From NCBI GenBank assembly GCA_012295275.1, contig CM022671.1, forward strand, positions 23,188,001 through 23,252,000: a stretch of 64,000 nt of DNA, read 5' to 3'. Source of the DNA: Chrysomallon squamiferum (taxonomy: Eukaryota > Animalia > Mollusca). Positions 1 through 15,849 of the stretch are shown one piece after another. The notes beneath the pieces are model-generated. The model was not told where the DNA came from. It did no database searches and worked only from the letters and a program-made list of their open reading frames with translations. Numbering within the stretch: position 1 is the first letter of the stretch; each line of letters starts with the position of its first letter. The translations under genes and the position numbers were made by a program.

Positions 1-1009
1 CGCTATAGCCAAGTTTCTTTGATCTAATAAATAAATAGTATATAATTTACTGCATCGTCACTAAAATTAATATATTAAAACATACGGGTACAGTGATTTA
101 ATGATAACGTAAATGCATGAAAAGAAGTAACCACTAATGAGTCCTGCTTTTATTACTACTACATCTACAACAACAACAGCAATAACTATTACCACTATTA
201 CTGCTGCTACTACCACAATTACTACAACTAATACTATTACTACGTTACTTCTGCTGCTATTACTACTACTACTACTACCACGTATAATAATAATAATAAG
301 ACGAAAAGATGTATCAAATTTGTTAATCGAAGTGTAACTACGGAAACGCTTAATCTCTACAAATACAAGAGAGAGAGAGAGAGAGAGAGAGAGATCGAAA
401 GAAAAAAAAAAGAAAAAAAAGAAGAAAGACACAGCGTAATAAAATATCTTCACAGAACGTTGGAAATTCGACACCATGCGTAAAACAAGAACGTGGCCCC
501 ATAGATCAATGCTCTTGTCTTGAACATTGTTCAGCAAATTGTTTTATAACAGCCTCTTCCTGTGGCTTTCAAAGAACATCAGTGGACGACCAGCCTTTTG
601 TTTGTCGTTGTTTATCGTATTTCTTTCAAATACACGTGCAGATGAAGTCTCGTGTAGAGAGAGCACGTGCTTCAATTCACTGACAGTTCCATGTTGACGC
701 CAAAATGGGAGACATTCCGGAATAACGTCATTCACGGAATTAGGGGAGATTAACAAGCCGGAAGTTGACCTCTTTGTTTACCGACGATTTGCGTCGGTTG
801 TTCTTCTACTGTAACAGTCTGCGGTTCCGAGTGACACATTTGGTTATTACAATCACTGTGTACTCGATAATTTTGATGTCTATTACATAATTTGTAATTT
901 ATACGATGTAATTACAGCCGCAAAAGTTCAAATAAGAGAAAAGGAACAAAAATCTCGTAATTTCGTGCGAGAGTTGTAACAAGTACAAGAATCTTTTTTT
1001 CAAGATAAT

Positions 1010-1286
<277 letters not shown>

Positions 1287-2043
1287 TTGACTTCTTTTCT
1301 TTCTATCTCTATCAGTCTATATCTATCTGCCTCTATCAATTTACCTCTAAGTTACGAGAATTTTATATATTTTTTTTTTTAAAACTAAATAAACCCAGAA
1401 AAACAACACCATACTGCTTTCGTGATGAAGCAAAGCCAACTGGCTCTGCAAATGAAAACAAGAAGAATATCCTATTTTACGTTCTCGTCGGTCGTGACAA
1501 GATAATGATGAAAATTAGATTAATGGTAATTAAGTCTGGCTGCAGGTAAGTCACAAGCAAATGGAACGTTAACAGCGGGCTTGTCATAGCGTCACAAGAA
1601 GAAAAAAGATTAGAGAGAGAAAAAAAAAAAAAAAAAAAAAATGTACCAATAACCAATTACCTTTTATAACTCGTTTTTCGATTTAATCATGGAACCGCCA
1701 TTAATGATAAATTGCAGACATTTCCTCTCATTGTCACGTGACCTTCAATTAAATTTATAGACATCTTTGTACCGAGTGTTACATGGGACGATACATTTTT
1801 TTTTTTTTTTTTTTTTTTTTAATGTTACACGATGTCAAAAATAGCTTTATTATTATTATTATTATTATCGATATCAATATAATTTATTTTATAAACTTTG
1901 AGATATGTATGATGCAATAATTATCTATATACCAAGCCCTTCCCTACCTTCCTACGTACCTAACATTAACTAACTAACTAACTAAATCAAACAACCATAC
2001 TGGGATAACAAGATGTTATGAGATCGGTGGAGAACAAAACCAG

Positions 2044-2113
<70 letters not shown>

Positions 2114-2436
2114 GTTGTTATTATTGTTATTGTTATTGTTATTATTATTATTTTATGAACTATTGTTATTATTATTATTATTTGTTACTTCTTTTATACA
2201 TCCAAATTATCTTAATATATTCCTTTCTCATATTCATATTTCTTTTTGCAAACAAGTTATAAAAAACATTGTTCTTATAACAGAAAAAAACAAAACTAAA
2301 ATAAATATATCATGCAAAAATAAATATTTGGTTTAGATAGGACGAGCAACAGAAGACGTTTTGTGTTTTTTTTTTTTTTTTTTCTTTTTTTTTTTTTAAA
2401 ACTTCCAAGTTCACATTATAACTGGAGATTTTGATG

Positions 2437-2474
<38 letters not shown>

Positions 2475-2861
2475 CTCCTTTCCAAAAGAAATTCTTGTTT
2501 ACGTAATATGTACGTATATTCTTGATCAACCGAAAAGTGAAAATAAGTTCCACTCCTAAGTTCAGTTCACTGCGACCTGATAAAACCTTTTTTTTTTTTT
2601 TTTTTTTTTTTAAAATAGGATTCACACGAAAACAGATATCATGTGTCATGATACTTCCGGTTAATGCGCAATAACTCTTGAGTAACTGGTAAGTGTATCG
2701 TTCCGGTATCAGTCTATTTTAGATGATAACTCGTTACGTTAAAAAAAAAGTTAAAGGTATGTACTATCCTTAAAATGCTGTTTTACCCTTAATAAAAAAA
2801 AAAAATGTTTTCTCTTTCAGCAAACAAACTTCACTGTACAGACAGATATAAAGATATCGTT

Positions 2862-3166
2862 ATGTGTTAACGTATGTGTGTATGTATGTGTGTATGTTTG
2901 TATGTGTGTGTATGTGTTTATGTGTGTATGTATGTGTGTGTTTATGTGTTTATATGTATATGTGTGTGTATGTATATGAATGTGTGTGTATGTATATATG
3001 TATATATGTGTGCTTGTGTATGTTCATGTGTAGGTGTATTGTATATATCTTATGCATGTCTGTATGTATGTATGTATATAGTATGTGTATGTGTGTGTAT
3101 ATATGTATGTCTGTGTGTGAGTGTTGATATACATGTATGCGTCTGTATGTATGTGTGTGTGTGTGC
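2862..3166. repeat. Degenerate (GT)n/(GTAT)n microsatellite
   Basis: Directly visible; source of the CVYM-rich pseudo-ORFs. Confidence 0.95.
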
Positions 3167-3815
3167 ATGCGAACCCAGTGTGACTGTGGGTGTGAATGTA
3201 AACTTGTATGTTGTGATTTTGATATCTGAAAGAAAAAAAACAGAAATAATAAAAAGCTGAAAAAGTGCAGGATGCTTACATACTTGCTTGTGGCTATCAC
3301 TCTTTACAACAATAACAAGGAATCAATTGCTTATTATCTGCTTCACTGGTCTGACCTCAAACACAATTTCAGATCTGTTGCCGTTTTCGTCTGTATCAAG
3401 AGCTATTAATAAAATGCTTTTAAGCGTGAGAATAGAGAAATTATTGTTTTCAAACAGTAACATATCATTCTTTCTCGACTGGAGTGCACTTAAAGTTCTG
3501 CATCTAGCGTACTTTTACAAAGTCCTGTACAATATCGATAAATAATAATGACCACCTTGCCAGACTTGTTTTAATAATTAAGAAAGAGTGAAGTAGTTAC
3601 AGTAGTAGTTGTAGTGTTGATGAAAATGACAGTAATAGTAATAGTATATATATATATATGACTGAATAAAGAAAGAAAGAAATAAATGAAGAAAGAACAA
3701 CTGAATGAGATAAATACAGATGAAAAGCAATTCTTACAAATTTGAGATAAAAAGTATAATAAAACCGCCAAATACGACAAAATAAAAAAGTGGTAATAAT
3801 GATGATAATATTACA

Positions 3816-3876
<61 letters not shown>

Positions 3877-4013
3877 CAAAAATGATGAATTTATTTCCTC
3901 TTCAAAAACAATCTTCAGCATAATAATAAAATTACCTCTATTAGGAATCCAGTGAAAAGTGAGTGACATGATTAAGGCAGAAAGAGTTTTCAAGATAAAA
4001 TGAAAATTATTAA

Positions 4014-4049
<36 letters not shown>

Positions 4050-4188
4050 TTAAAAGATAAAGATAAAGGAAAAAAATAAATAAATAATCGTTTCATACCA
4101 TTTCCAATACCCATATGTTCTACACTGAAGAAACTACAATAACAACAACAATAATAATAATAACAACAACAACAACAACAACAACAGC

Positions 4189-4219
<31 letters not shown>

Positions 4220-4541
4220 GCAGCAACAACAACAATAATAATAATAACAATAATAATAATAAAGGATCAAATTTCCAAAATAAATGAATAAACAAATGAA
4301 CAAACAACGAAAACGATTCACAATTTTTATTTATTTACCCCTCTCATCTCCTCACCTCGACAGATTCAAACTTTAAACACCGAATTAAAAAAAAAAAAAA
4401 ACACTAACATTATTTCTTCTCGACAATGTCTTCATTCCTCCGTGTTCATTCCTCTTTGCAAATGTAATAAAACTTTAGAAAAGCACAAACTCGTGTGAAT
4501 TTTGTACCCAAAACCTGGCAGTTTCTTTTTTTTTTTTTTCA

Positions 4542-4579
<38 letters not shown>

Positions 4580-5544
4580 GTTTTCGCATCTCCCAAAGAC
4601 GATCGCGGTTTGACAAGCTTTGGAGACGTTGTGCGTCCAATCGATATTTTCCAATTAACTTTCAGCCTATATCTGATGGCCGCTGCCAGCTTCCGTTTGG
4701 AAATCTAATTTCCCGTTTTGACGGCAACTATTGCCCGAAGAAGAGAAAATACATCATTGTCTTCGCTTGCACCTGTCCTGCAAGCCAGAAAAGTTTCGTT
4801 AGCCTCATGAAATGTTAAAGCGAATTCGGGTCTTTTTAAAGTTTCTCTTATGGGTTTTTGCGATAAAATATTCACGTTTAATTGTGTCACTGTTTAGTGC
4901 GTGCTAACACGCGATTTCCAGTGAGGTACGGGCAGGTATTATTAGATAAACAGAGATTGTTTTTTTATATATATATATTTTTTTTTTTCTTAAAGTGTGC
5001 GCTTTGTTTTAGTTAATTTTTAAACAAGTTCAATGCGGGGAAGTTGAATAAAATATTGATAGGGTAACGGTTGGCGGTTGTTGTTTTTTTTCCCACAGAT
5101 TTTGGAAATTGAAAATGAATATTTCATTATCAAAGAAAGTTCGATTTTCAAATGCTGTTATTATGTAGTTTATTTTACTGCTACCACTATTTATGTTGCT
5201 ACTACTAGTATTACTATAACTACTACTATTACTATTACTAGTACTACTACTACTACTAGTACAACAACTACTACTATACTACTGTTACTATAACTACTAC
5301 TAAGAAGAATTAGCAACTACTAATAATATGACAATCATTTTAAATGTTCACTACTATTATATTTGTTAATAAATATTACTACTTCTACTATTACTACAAC
5401 AATAATTGCTGTTAATCATAATAATAATAAATCATTTTAAAGATCACTGCAACTGTTACGTATATATACGACAGTTGTAGCTGCTAATAAATATTACTAC
5501 TACTTATATTACACTAACACTATTATTGCTGCTGTTACTACTAT

Positions 5545-5589
<45 letters not shown>

Positions 5590-6724
5590 CACCACCACCA
5601 CCATTACTAAAATTACCATTTCTAATGCATATAATTATAGTATGTGTCAAATCCACTGCTGCATTTCCAGCTAATTAAACCTTTCTTGTTGTTTTCATTT
5701 ACAGAAAATAAAATGGATTAATATACGAATAAATTAGCAAATGAAACACAATAAAAATAATAATTAAAAATGAAACAGATAAATGAACACAGAAACAAAC
5801 AAACAAACAAACAAACAAATAAACAAATAAATAAATAAATAAATAAATAAATAACATTAGCAGAAGAAAATAACTCACGCCAACAGCAGATTGACTAAAA
5901 TAGTGATGTAAACAGCTTATACCAGAATGCGACATTCCGATGCGGACGACAAAAATGTGATTTACTTTTTATCGATTATTTTAAACAATATCCATCTACA
6001 ATTTCTTCATTATATATTTTTTTTTATTACAGCTCTCACCCTAACTCAGTCACATGTGCGCTATTGCTCAACGCCTAGAACGGAATCTGAGGCTTGAAAT
6101 TCGTCAGCATCATCTCTCCTTGGGTCATTTCACGATAGAGTGACGTATGACTAGGGTACCAAAGAGAAACCTCTACGTTTTCCCCTGCGTAAACAAGACC
6201 CCTTGTTGCCTCAAGAGCATCCTACGGACAAAACTATATCACAGTGATAATGTTACTTTGTTTGTTTGTTTGTTTGTTTGTTTATTTATTTATTTATTTA
6301 TTTATTTCGTTATTTATTATTTATACGTTAAACATTTCCATGTATTAAGTTGTTATTAATATCATCATCATCATTATTTTTGTTGTTGTTGTGAGTATTG
6401 CTCTTGTTATTATTAATTAATTAATTAGTTAATATTATTTCTTTATTTGTTACTTCTGGAAGCCTTTTATATAAATTATTTGATAACTCTATCTATTGTA
6501 ACTCATTAAAAGAAATACCTGTCCATGAATCTGTTATTTTGAGGCATTGACGTAAATTATTATGCTTGAATATAAGCAGATGAACACATTCAAGAAACAC
6601 ACATTAAGCCTTTTAATGGTAAAAATATTAGTAACCACAACAACAATAACGACAACAACACAATAATAATACCTTATCATCATAATTATAATAAAGAGAT
6701 GAAGGAAGAAATTAATCCTTTCAT

Positions 6725-6825
6725 AATAACAATCATAATGATAATGATAGTGATGATGATGATGATAATAATAACAATAATAATAATGACAATAATAATA
6801 ACAATAATAATAATAATAATAATAA

Positions 6826-6856
<31 letters not shown>

Positions 6857-7145
6857 AAAGAGAAAAAGAAGTAGAACGAGAACAACAACAATAACAACAA
6901 CAACAAACAACAAAAATACTGGAAATAATAACGATCGTAACAGAACAATGAAACTAACGATGCTGATCATGACAGAGAAGAAGAAGAAGAAGAAGAAGAA
7001 GAAGAAAAAGAAAAGAAGAAGAAAAGAAGAAGAAGAAGATTAAGAAGAAGAAAAAGAAGAAAAGATTAAACAGCCAGAAAGAAAGAAAAAAGAAAAAAAA
7101 CGAAAGAAAAATAGGCAGAAAGAAAGAACAAGAAAAAAAAAATAA
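6725..7145. repeat. Compound (AAT)/(GAT)/(AAG)/(AAC) low-complexity tract
   Basis: Directly visible. Confidence 0.93.
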
Positions 7146-7629
7146 AAGAGGTAGAAATCACCAATTTTCTCTTGGCTGTATTCAAAAATCTGCTCGAATC
7201 CGGTATTATCGAACACGACCGGGTCAACGCCATCGATCATAAACCCTGGCGCTTCCTTTCCCCGTTTTGATGCTCGGGGTAAATCTGCCTATCTCAGACG
7301 TCTAAATCAAGACGAACGTTGGGGGCCGTTCGAGCGTTATCTCAGTTTGGGAATCTTCTGCGCAAGGATTCGGCTGTTATAACGTCCAGCTTAGCATACA
7401 AATGGGCATTGTTTTCTCTGTTAAGCTAATAAATATGATGGGAGACCCGATATGCTGTTGCAAATTGCATCATCAATCACCAGTTATTATGCATAGCTTT
7501 GACTCTGTTTGAGCAAGACCTCGCGAGCATGAATGAAGCATCTTTGGTGCTGTAGTTCAAGATAAATAGAGAATTAACTGAAAAATAAATAAATAAATAA
7601 ACAAACAGACACACACATGTATATATAAA

Positions 7630-7802
<173 letters not shown>

Positions 7803-8809
7803 TGTACAGGAGAGTTTTCAGCATTAACAAAATTAGACTGAAATTGACTGTACACATTTTCATCGAAAACGCTATTTGTTAAATATGCAATATCTAAAAC
7901 AGATTATATTAAGTTAAAAGAGACATTGCAGAGATGGCCCATTAAGACTTAGACCGATCTGTAGCAGTTTTATATGAATAATAAAATTTAAGAAAAGAAG
8001 ACAGTGTCAAAAAAAAAAAAAAAAAAAAAAGAGAGAGAGAAAAAACCAGTTAAAATATCAGTTATTTTTACGTACGTGCCTAGCGTATTTAAACAAAATG
8101 AAATAATCCACAAATGGACATTTATTATGTAAATACACGTATTACGATAAAACGTTGAAGGTGTTTAATGTACTTTTTAACCCAATAGCTTCAACACTTC
8201 TCGGCATCAATGTCGAGTGTTTTCGATTTGCATTTCAAGGTAAAGAGTGCAACAGAGGAAAGAGCAGAGCACAGACAGAAACGTAATCATGTGTTGTTAC
8301 ACCGACTGCACAATGTATATACAGTTCTTATTAGCATAATGTTCAGTGCTGCGGTTTAATATTCAAGTAACGATCGCTCGGTACAAGAACCGCGTTGCAA
8401 AACGACTGGAGTTATTCGAGGACACGAATCTCGTATTTTTGTTTTACTGCAGTTTGTGTAAAACAATTTGCAGATATTAATCTGATTGATTAACCTCGAT
8501 GTTTTTTTGTGTGTGTGTTTTTTTTTTTTACGTTTAGAATTTGCACGCACCTGTTGTAGTGTTAAGATTTAATAGATGAAATATTAATAAAAGGTTAAAA
8601 AAAAAAAAAATAATAATAATAATAATAAAAGAAACAAAAGAAAAAAAAAAGAAGATTAAACTGTAAGTCATTCTTATTTTATATCATCTTTAGCGTTATC
8701 TGTTAGTTTCTCTGTCTCTATCAATCAATTAATCTGTCAGTCAGTCTGTCTGTCTGTCTGTCTGTCGATATATCTGTTTATCTATTCATCTTAAGTGTGT
8801 CTGTGGTTT

Positions 8810-8842
<33 letters not shown>

Positions 8843-8871
8843 TTATTATTCTTATTATTCTTATTATTCTT

Positions 8872-8907
<36 letters not shown>

Positions 8908-9749
8908 CTTAGTTATTTATGATCACTATTGCTTTATTTATTATTATCATTATTTTATTTATGCTCTTAAAATATTGTTTACTAAAACATGAATTGTGGT
9001 TTACGAAATTGTGATGATAATAATGCTTTTTAATATCTGTGAAATAATAATGTTTTTTTTAATATCTATGAAAAATAACAGATAATGGTAATACATAATA
9101 AAATAAAATAAATAAATAAAATATAAGTTTTTAAAAAAAGTAGTAATAGAATAAAATAAAATAAAGTAATTATATTCGGGATCAATCTGAACCAATAATG
9201 ACCCTTATTTCGAGTAATGCATTTATGATATCGGTAATCATTTGAGCCTAAATTAAAACATTACTCTTTTTTTCATTAAAGAAAGAAAGAAAAAAATGTC
9301 TAACAGGTGACATCCATGTTCGTTCTTATTCGATTTTTCATTTTGCGACTTCTTTTACAACAAGATTTCCTATTTGTCACACTGAAGAAAATCAATCGCC
9401 TTTGTTCTACAAAACTGGTATCCCACGGACAATGCGCCGCATGCTTATTAGTTGATACCGGGGAAAGCTAATAGGTATTAATACCAGTCTAGTTTATGCG
9501 AGGACGTATTCGATTGTTTGTTTCCTGATGTTTAACCCGCCGAGTCTTTCGCCTCACTGTCCACATGTTCCGCGTACTCGACGCAAACAAGCTGCGACTG
9601 GGAATAAAGCCTATTGGTAAAACTCGTGTATTTACCGTTAGAATATTGCACATCGATTTCTCTTCACTTTTGCACAACAATGGAACTGGAATGGCAGCTT
9701 CCTGTTTTTCACTGCCGACTCTCGCAGAGCTGTCAAAGCGTCCGCCATA

Positions 9750-9899
<150 letters not shown>

Positions 9900-10323
9900 C
9901 CATCTCGTTTGTGACAATGAATATTAATTTCGCCGCTCTTCGATGACGTTTGAGACCGAAATTTGTAAACGTTTAGAAAGTTCTTATTGTCGTTCTTGCC
10001 TTTTCAGATATTTGAAAATGCTGTATTAATGAGGAATCCTTTCAGTTGTTGTTTACACTTCATGATGTTTTTTTTTTTAAATAACTTTTACTGTTGCTTA
10101 CAGCCTTATATGTTGTTTAAAGGTTATTATTAATTAATACTTATAAAGCATGTTTCTGTTTTAAATTCTTATTTTATTTTCATTTCAGAACAGGATATTT
10201 TTTGTTTTGTTTCAGTATTATTTTGAATGTTTAAAATAACTTTTAAGTTCTGAATATTGTGAAAACACTATAGTGTTTCTTTGTTTTTCAGAATCAAAAT
10301 AAAATACAATACTGATGATGATG

Positions 10324-10391
<68 letters not shown>

Positions 10392-10900
10392 TAATAAATA
10401 AATAAATAAATAAAAATATAAAATTAAAAATTATAAAATTATACAAAAAATTAAATCCTGTTGAAAACGTTACCATCAGGGTTCAGTGTTGTATTTTTTT
10501 TTTATTATTCAAAATGTAAATGCCTTTGCACATATTAGTAATCGTATATGATTTTCTAGTGAATAATTCTGTTATTCAAATCACAGAGTAGCTGTCGGCA
10601 GAATAAACATTAAAGAAGTATCAGCAGGATAATCCTTAAAGTCGTATTTTATTTTATTACAGCTTTCTTTTTTTTAACTGCCTACTGTTTTTCAAAAATT
10701 CTTTTTCTTTTTTCGTTTTCTTTTTTTTCTGATAGATTTACGACTCTGTATAAGGGCTGTGGAGTTCCTTAACTTACACTACTACTACTACTAGTACTAC
10801 TTCTAAAACACAACAACTACTACTACCATTGCTGCTGCTACTAATATACTGATACTTAATACAACACCACCACCACCACCACCAACAACAACAACAGCAA

Positions 10901-10944
<44 letters not shown>

Positions 10945-12346
10945 TTACTACTACTAATAATAATAATGGTCATGATTGTACTGTTTATTTATTTATTTAT
11001 TTTTTTATTTATTTCATTGTTTGTTTGTCTTTTTCCAAAAACAAATCAGAAAAACCTCATAACCACAAATTTAATTTCACGTGACACGTAGACTGGTTAA
11101 TTTCGAGTTCTCTGTGTGTCTGACGTAGACGCCGTCCCACGGGATGTCTGTCCGTCAACGCAGCGGGCGAGAAAGCCTCAGCCAGCGTTGCGTCATCTGC
11201 ACTGGTCATTGTCTCGCTCTGAATGACAACGCCGTTATGCACGTGCCAGCGATCGGATGCGCCATTCATCGACTGGCATGCAGTCTGTTGTTTGGGATAT
11301 TTTCATACGGAACATCGGAAGCGACTGACGTAACGAAGTAAAAATGCGGTCAAAGTTAATCGCTTTTTGAATAACTCGTTTATTTTCAACTCATTGTTTC
11401 GTAAGGAAATTCCATGGGGAGATACAGAATTTAAAAAAATTAAAATATTTGAATTAAAAAATAATAAAAAAGAAAATAGAAATAAAAATAAAAATAAAAA
11501 AAAAATAAAAATAAAAATAAAAATAAAATATTATAATAAAAACAATACATGTGCTTTTTTTTTTTTTATATATATAATCAACAATGATTGCCTGAACATC
11601 GTTTCTGAAATTGCAGATTACCTCTGACTGCTTTGGCGATAAAACAAACCAACAAACACACACACAAACAAACAACAAAACAACCACAAAAACACCCCAA
11701 CAAAACTAAATAAGCAAAAAATCCCGAAGTCCCACCAGCAAATGAACAAACGGCAATGGTTATGGATTTCACGAACAATGGGTTAAAATATGATTTATAA
11801 ACACATGGTTTTGTCTTTCGTCAGAAGCCATTTCTGTATTAACACGCTGCCAAAACGTGAATACAATTTTATATATCAGCATGGAACAGTCTTGCTATTT
11901 TAAATACGTGTTGGTTATATCTCAACATTCAGATGGCGCCACTAACATGTAATCTCATTTGTGGGTCGAATTTAGTTTTAAGATTTCAGCATTTTGTAAA
12001 TATTTCAAGCAAGGACCCCTGTGGTGAAGTATATAGACTTGGCTTGTTCAGGTTTTTGTGTGTTTTGATACTGACATGTTGGAGGAATGTCTCTAGCAGA
12101 AATGTTAACTCTGAAAAAACAACAACACAGACCACCAGAAACAAACAAACAAGCTGATAAATAAATTAATAAATTAATTGACAAACAAACAGTCAAGCAA
12201 CCAACCAACCAATCAAGCAAACTAACAAACAAACAAACAAACAAAAAAGGAAATAAACAAAGAAATAAAACAAACGAACGAACGAATGACTAAAAAAGAA
12301 TAGTTAATATAAGTATTTAATATCTGTTATGATAGTTTAACATTCT

Positions 12347-12393
<47 letters not shown>

Positions 12394-13422
12394 TTTTCTT
12401 CTATTTTTTTAAATTTATTTATAATGAGTTATAATATTAACAGATTTTTTTTGTTTTTAACACCGGCATTTTCAATTCCTTTGACGCTGCATTTTACAAC
12501 AAAACTGATTTCTGAAGTTATACACATAAAACACGTTTACGCTTTAATCATCACAAGCCAGTGAGAATCGTCACAGATCATTGTTACAGTTCTCTCACAT
12601 TAAACTCCAGTCTTACTCACACAATTGGCAAGATCCTTTCAGTAATGCCTCATCTCCATCAACACGTAATCAATCTAATCTATTTTTTTTTTTTTTTTTT
12701 GTAAATAGATGATACCTACAATGCTTACACCATGCCACCCATGCACCCGGCACCCCCCACCGCCGGTCTCATTCCACGGAACGTCTCACGACAACTGATC
12801 GCAGCCTCGGCAACGGCGGGGTGTTTAACATGATGTTTGTGTCAGTCGCCCGAACTCGTCTCCGGTAACTAAAGTCAACACGGGTTGCGTAATGGCGCTC
12901 ATGGCTCTCGAATTAGGGTATCATTTTCATTAGTCGCGTTCGCTTCACTTGCCGTCGTTGTCGTCCGCCAAAGGAGAAATGTGCAGTGGGCATGAATTGC
13001 CGATCCGTCAAACACAGCCTATTAGAATCCAATGAACAGATCAAGCATCACTGTTGTTGTTCCATGAAAGAGAAATCGCTGGATGCGTTAAGATGACCTT
13101 TTCTTGGTATTTTAAAAAAAAATCAGTGCGTTTGCTTTGAGAACGCTGAAATAATAGTGAAGACGTTCCTATGTGAAACCCGTAACAAGCTTTTGTACAG
13201 TTATACTATATGAAACTTTACTTCTGATGTTAATGGATCGTCTTGAAAACTGCTTATCTGTGATGCGATTAAATAAACATAATAGTGTTAAACGCTTTAA
13301 TGTGATTTGGAAATAAATAAATCGTATTCTTCTTCTCGTTCTTCGTTTTTTTTTTTTTTTTTCTTTTTCTTAATATGACTTTACTGCTACTACTACTACT
13401 ACTGCTGCTACTAATTTTATTT

Positions 13423-13454
<32 letters not shown>

Positions 13455-13789
13455 GCTGCTGCTACTACTACTGAAGATATTTTAGTTGTCTTTTGTTTTC
13501 TTTTTGTTCTTTATCTTCAGTGTCTGTTTTTTTGTTACCATCTTTCGTTTTTTTCCGTTTTTATTTAAAATATCTTTTTTGTGTGGATATTAAAACGCTT
13601 ATTTTTGAAAACATTCGGATATAATGTAATTAAAATAGTTATTCAGCGTTGTTTGACTTCTCATGAAAAAGTGTACCAATTTATTTATTTATTTCCATAA
13701 ACAGAGTGTTTAAATTATTATTATTTTGGTGTTTTTTTTGGTATTTTAGTTCAGAATAAATGCAAATGAAACGTGAAAACAATAAAGGT

Positions 13790-13950
<161 letters not shown>

Positions 13951-14039
13951 AACCAGTCAGACAGACAGACAGATGGTTGGATTGTAAAAACAAAAATTCA
14001 GTATATACAAATTTAATAAACTTGGTAAACCATTATAAC

Positions 14040-14580
14040 TGAAACTAATTTGTGCAGCGTGTTTGGGCTCGACGGTTTCCTGTTTCTGCGCACGTCAGTA
14101 AGAAAATGGTGGAAATCGTCTCGTAATTAAAAAGCTGCACGAAACGAAACACGGTCTACTCTTATCGTTCTATCTCAGTGACACGAGCTTTCGGGAACGT
14201 CTTAAATTCTTCCTCGGAGAATTTTTTCCAGAACCTAACTCCAGTTTGAAAGAGCAAAATGGCGGCGGCGAGGTATAGTTTAAATCCCCGCTACACACAT
14301 GATACCCAACAAAGTCCCGTTATCCCGACGGCAAATTACCTCTGATTAGTGGTCGGCCATATTTTCCCGCCAAATTTACGCTTCCACGTCTGCCACAGAC
14401 CCGAGATCGACATCAAAGGGCGGCAAATCGGCGATAAGCTTGAAGGAATTAAAAAAATCCGTCTTCAAACAAAAACTCGTGTGTGGGATTATGGGAGATG
14501 TAGGAAAGATGGGTCAGTGGAAGGGAGACGGGGAAAACTATTTGAAAACAAAACCAAAAACACGGCTAACTTCGTGTTGA
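14040..14580. promoter_or_regulatory. CpG-rich promoter/enhancer-like island with YY1, E2F, TCF and GC-box motifs
   Basis: CAAAATGGCGGC (14255), TTTCCCGCCAAA (14363), ACATCAAAGG (14410), GGGCGG (14418). Confidence 0.5.
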
Positions 14581-15806
14581 AAATATTGCAAATTTTCATT
14601 TGTTTGGTGTTTTTTTTCTTCTACGTTTGTTTCTTTTCTTTCATTTTCTTCTACTTCTGTTTCTTTTCTTTCATTTTCGTCTTTAAATCTCTTTTATAAT
14701 TTTTTTTTATGAAAACAGCTGTAATGTATTTTTATATCATTATACCAATATACTAATTTTTTTTTTTATAAATATTACCATCGTGTGTGTTTATAAATTT
14801 ACACATATATAAAATTTAATTTTAACTGCTTTTCCTTATTCTTTTATTTTTTCCATCTTCTTTTTTTCCTAAATTTACTTTTCTAATTTTATTTAGACCT
14901 TGAAACAGGAATATCCATCTTTTATAAACAAAACAAACTCTTAGCGTATTTTGTCATGTTTTTAATATATACAGTGATTGTTTTTCGTTTACTTCGTTCT
15001 TCATTCTTCTGCTATTTTTCTCTCCTTAGTTTTAATTTTTAATGTAAAGAAAAGAAAAGAAAAAAGAGAGAAAAGAGAAAAAACAACAAAACTATGCAGC
15101 ATTTTTTTTTTCTCTTACGTTATGTTGATAAATATATCTTGTTATTTCGGGTTAGAACAGATCATTGTTCATAACTGGTGTTTAAATTTCTAAACATAAA
15201 TTTAAAAAAGTTGTTTTGAAGTTGCAGAGAAGAATGTGTTAAAACCACCTAAATTTTAAAACATATAACTTCAAGTTTATAATAATTATTATTCAGATTA
15301 TGAAAATAACAAGAAAAAAAAAAAAAAAAAAAAAACAAGAAAAAACAAATCCAACCAAAATCTAAAAAAATAAAAATAAAAATATAAAACACACACACAC
15401 AAAAAAAAAGAAAACAAAAAACCAACAAAAAAAGAACAAACAAAAACAAACAACAACAACAACAACTTAAATAATATTAGTAAAAAATAAATAAAAAGGA
15501 AAAAAACAGCTAGATAATTTTTACTTACATTTATATAGTATAATTTCAGTTACTGTTAAAGATTCGTGTGAAATAAAATAAAATAAAATAAAATAAAATA
15601 AAGGCATGGTGATAGCCAAGGCAACCCATCATAGATTTCCTGGTTTTTTGTTTTTTTGTAAAATTATATTACTTTTCTAACATAATTTATTATTTTGTTA
15701 TTTAAAAAAATAAAATAATAATAATAATTAAAATAAAGATAAGTATTTCCGTTTCAATGTTAGAATTCAAAGTCAAGATGAGAAATAGACCATCGTTTAA
15801 CTGAAG

Positions 15807-15839
<33 letters not shown>

Positions 15840-15849
15840 ATATAACAGT

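Noticed and set aside
10248-10293. Imperfect palindrome around AAACACTATAGTGTTT
   Set aside because: Short and AT-rich; plausible by chance or local slippage.
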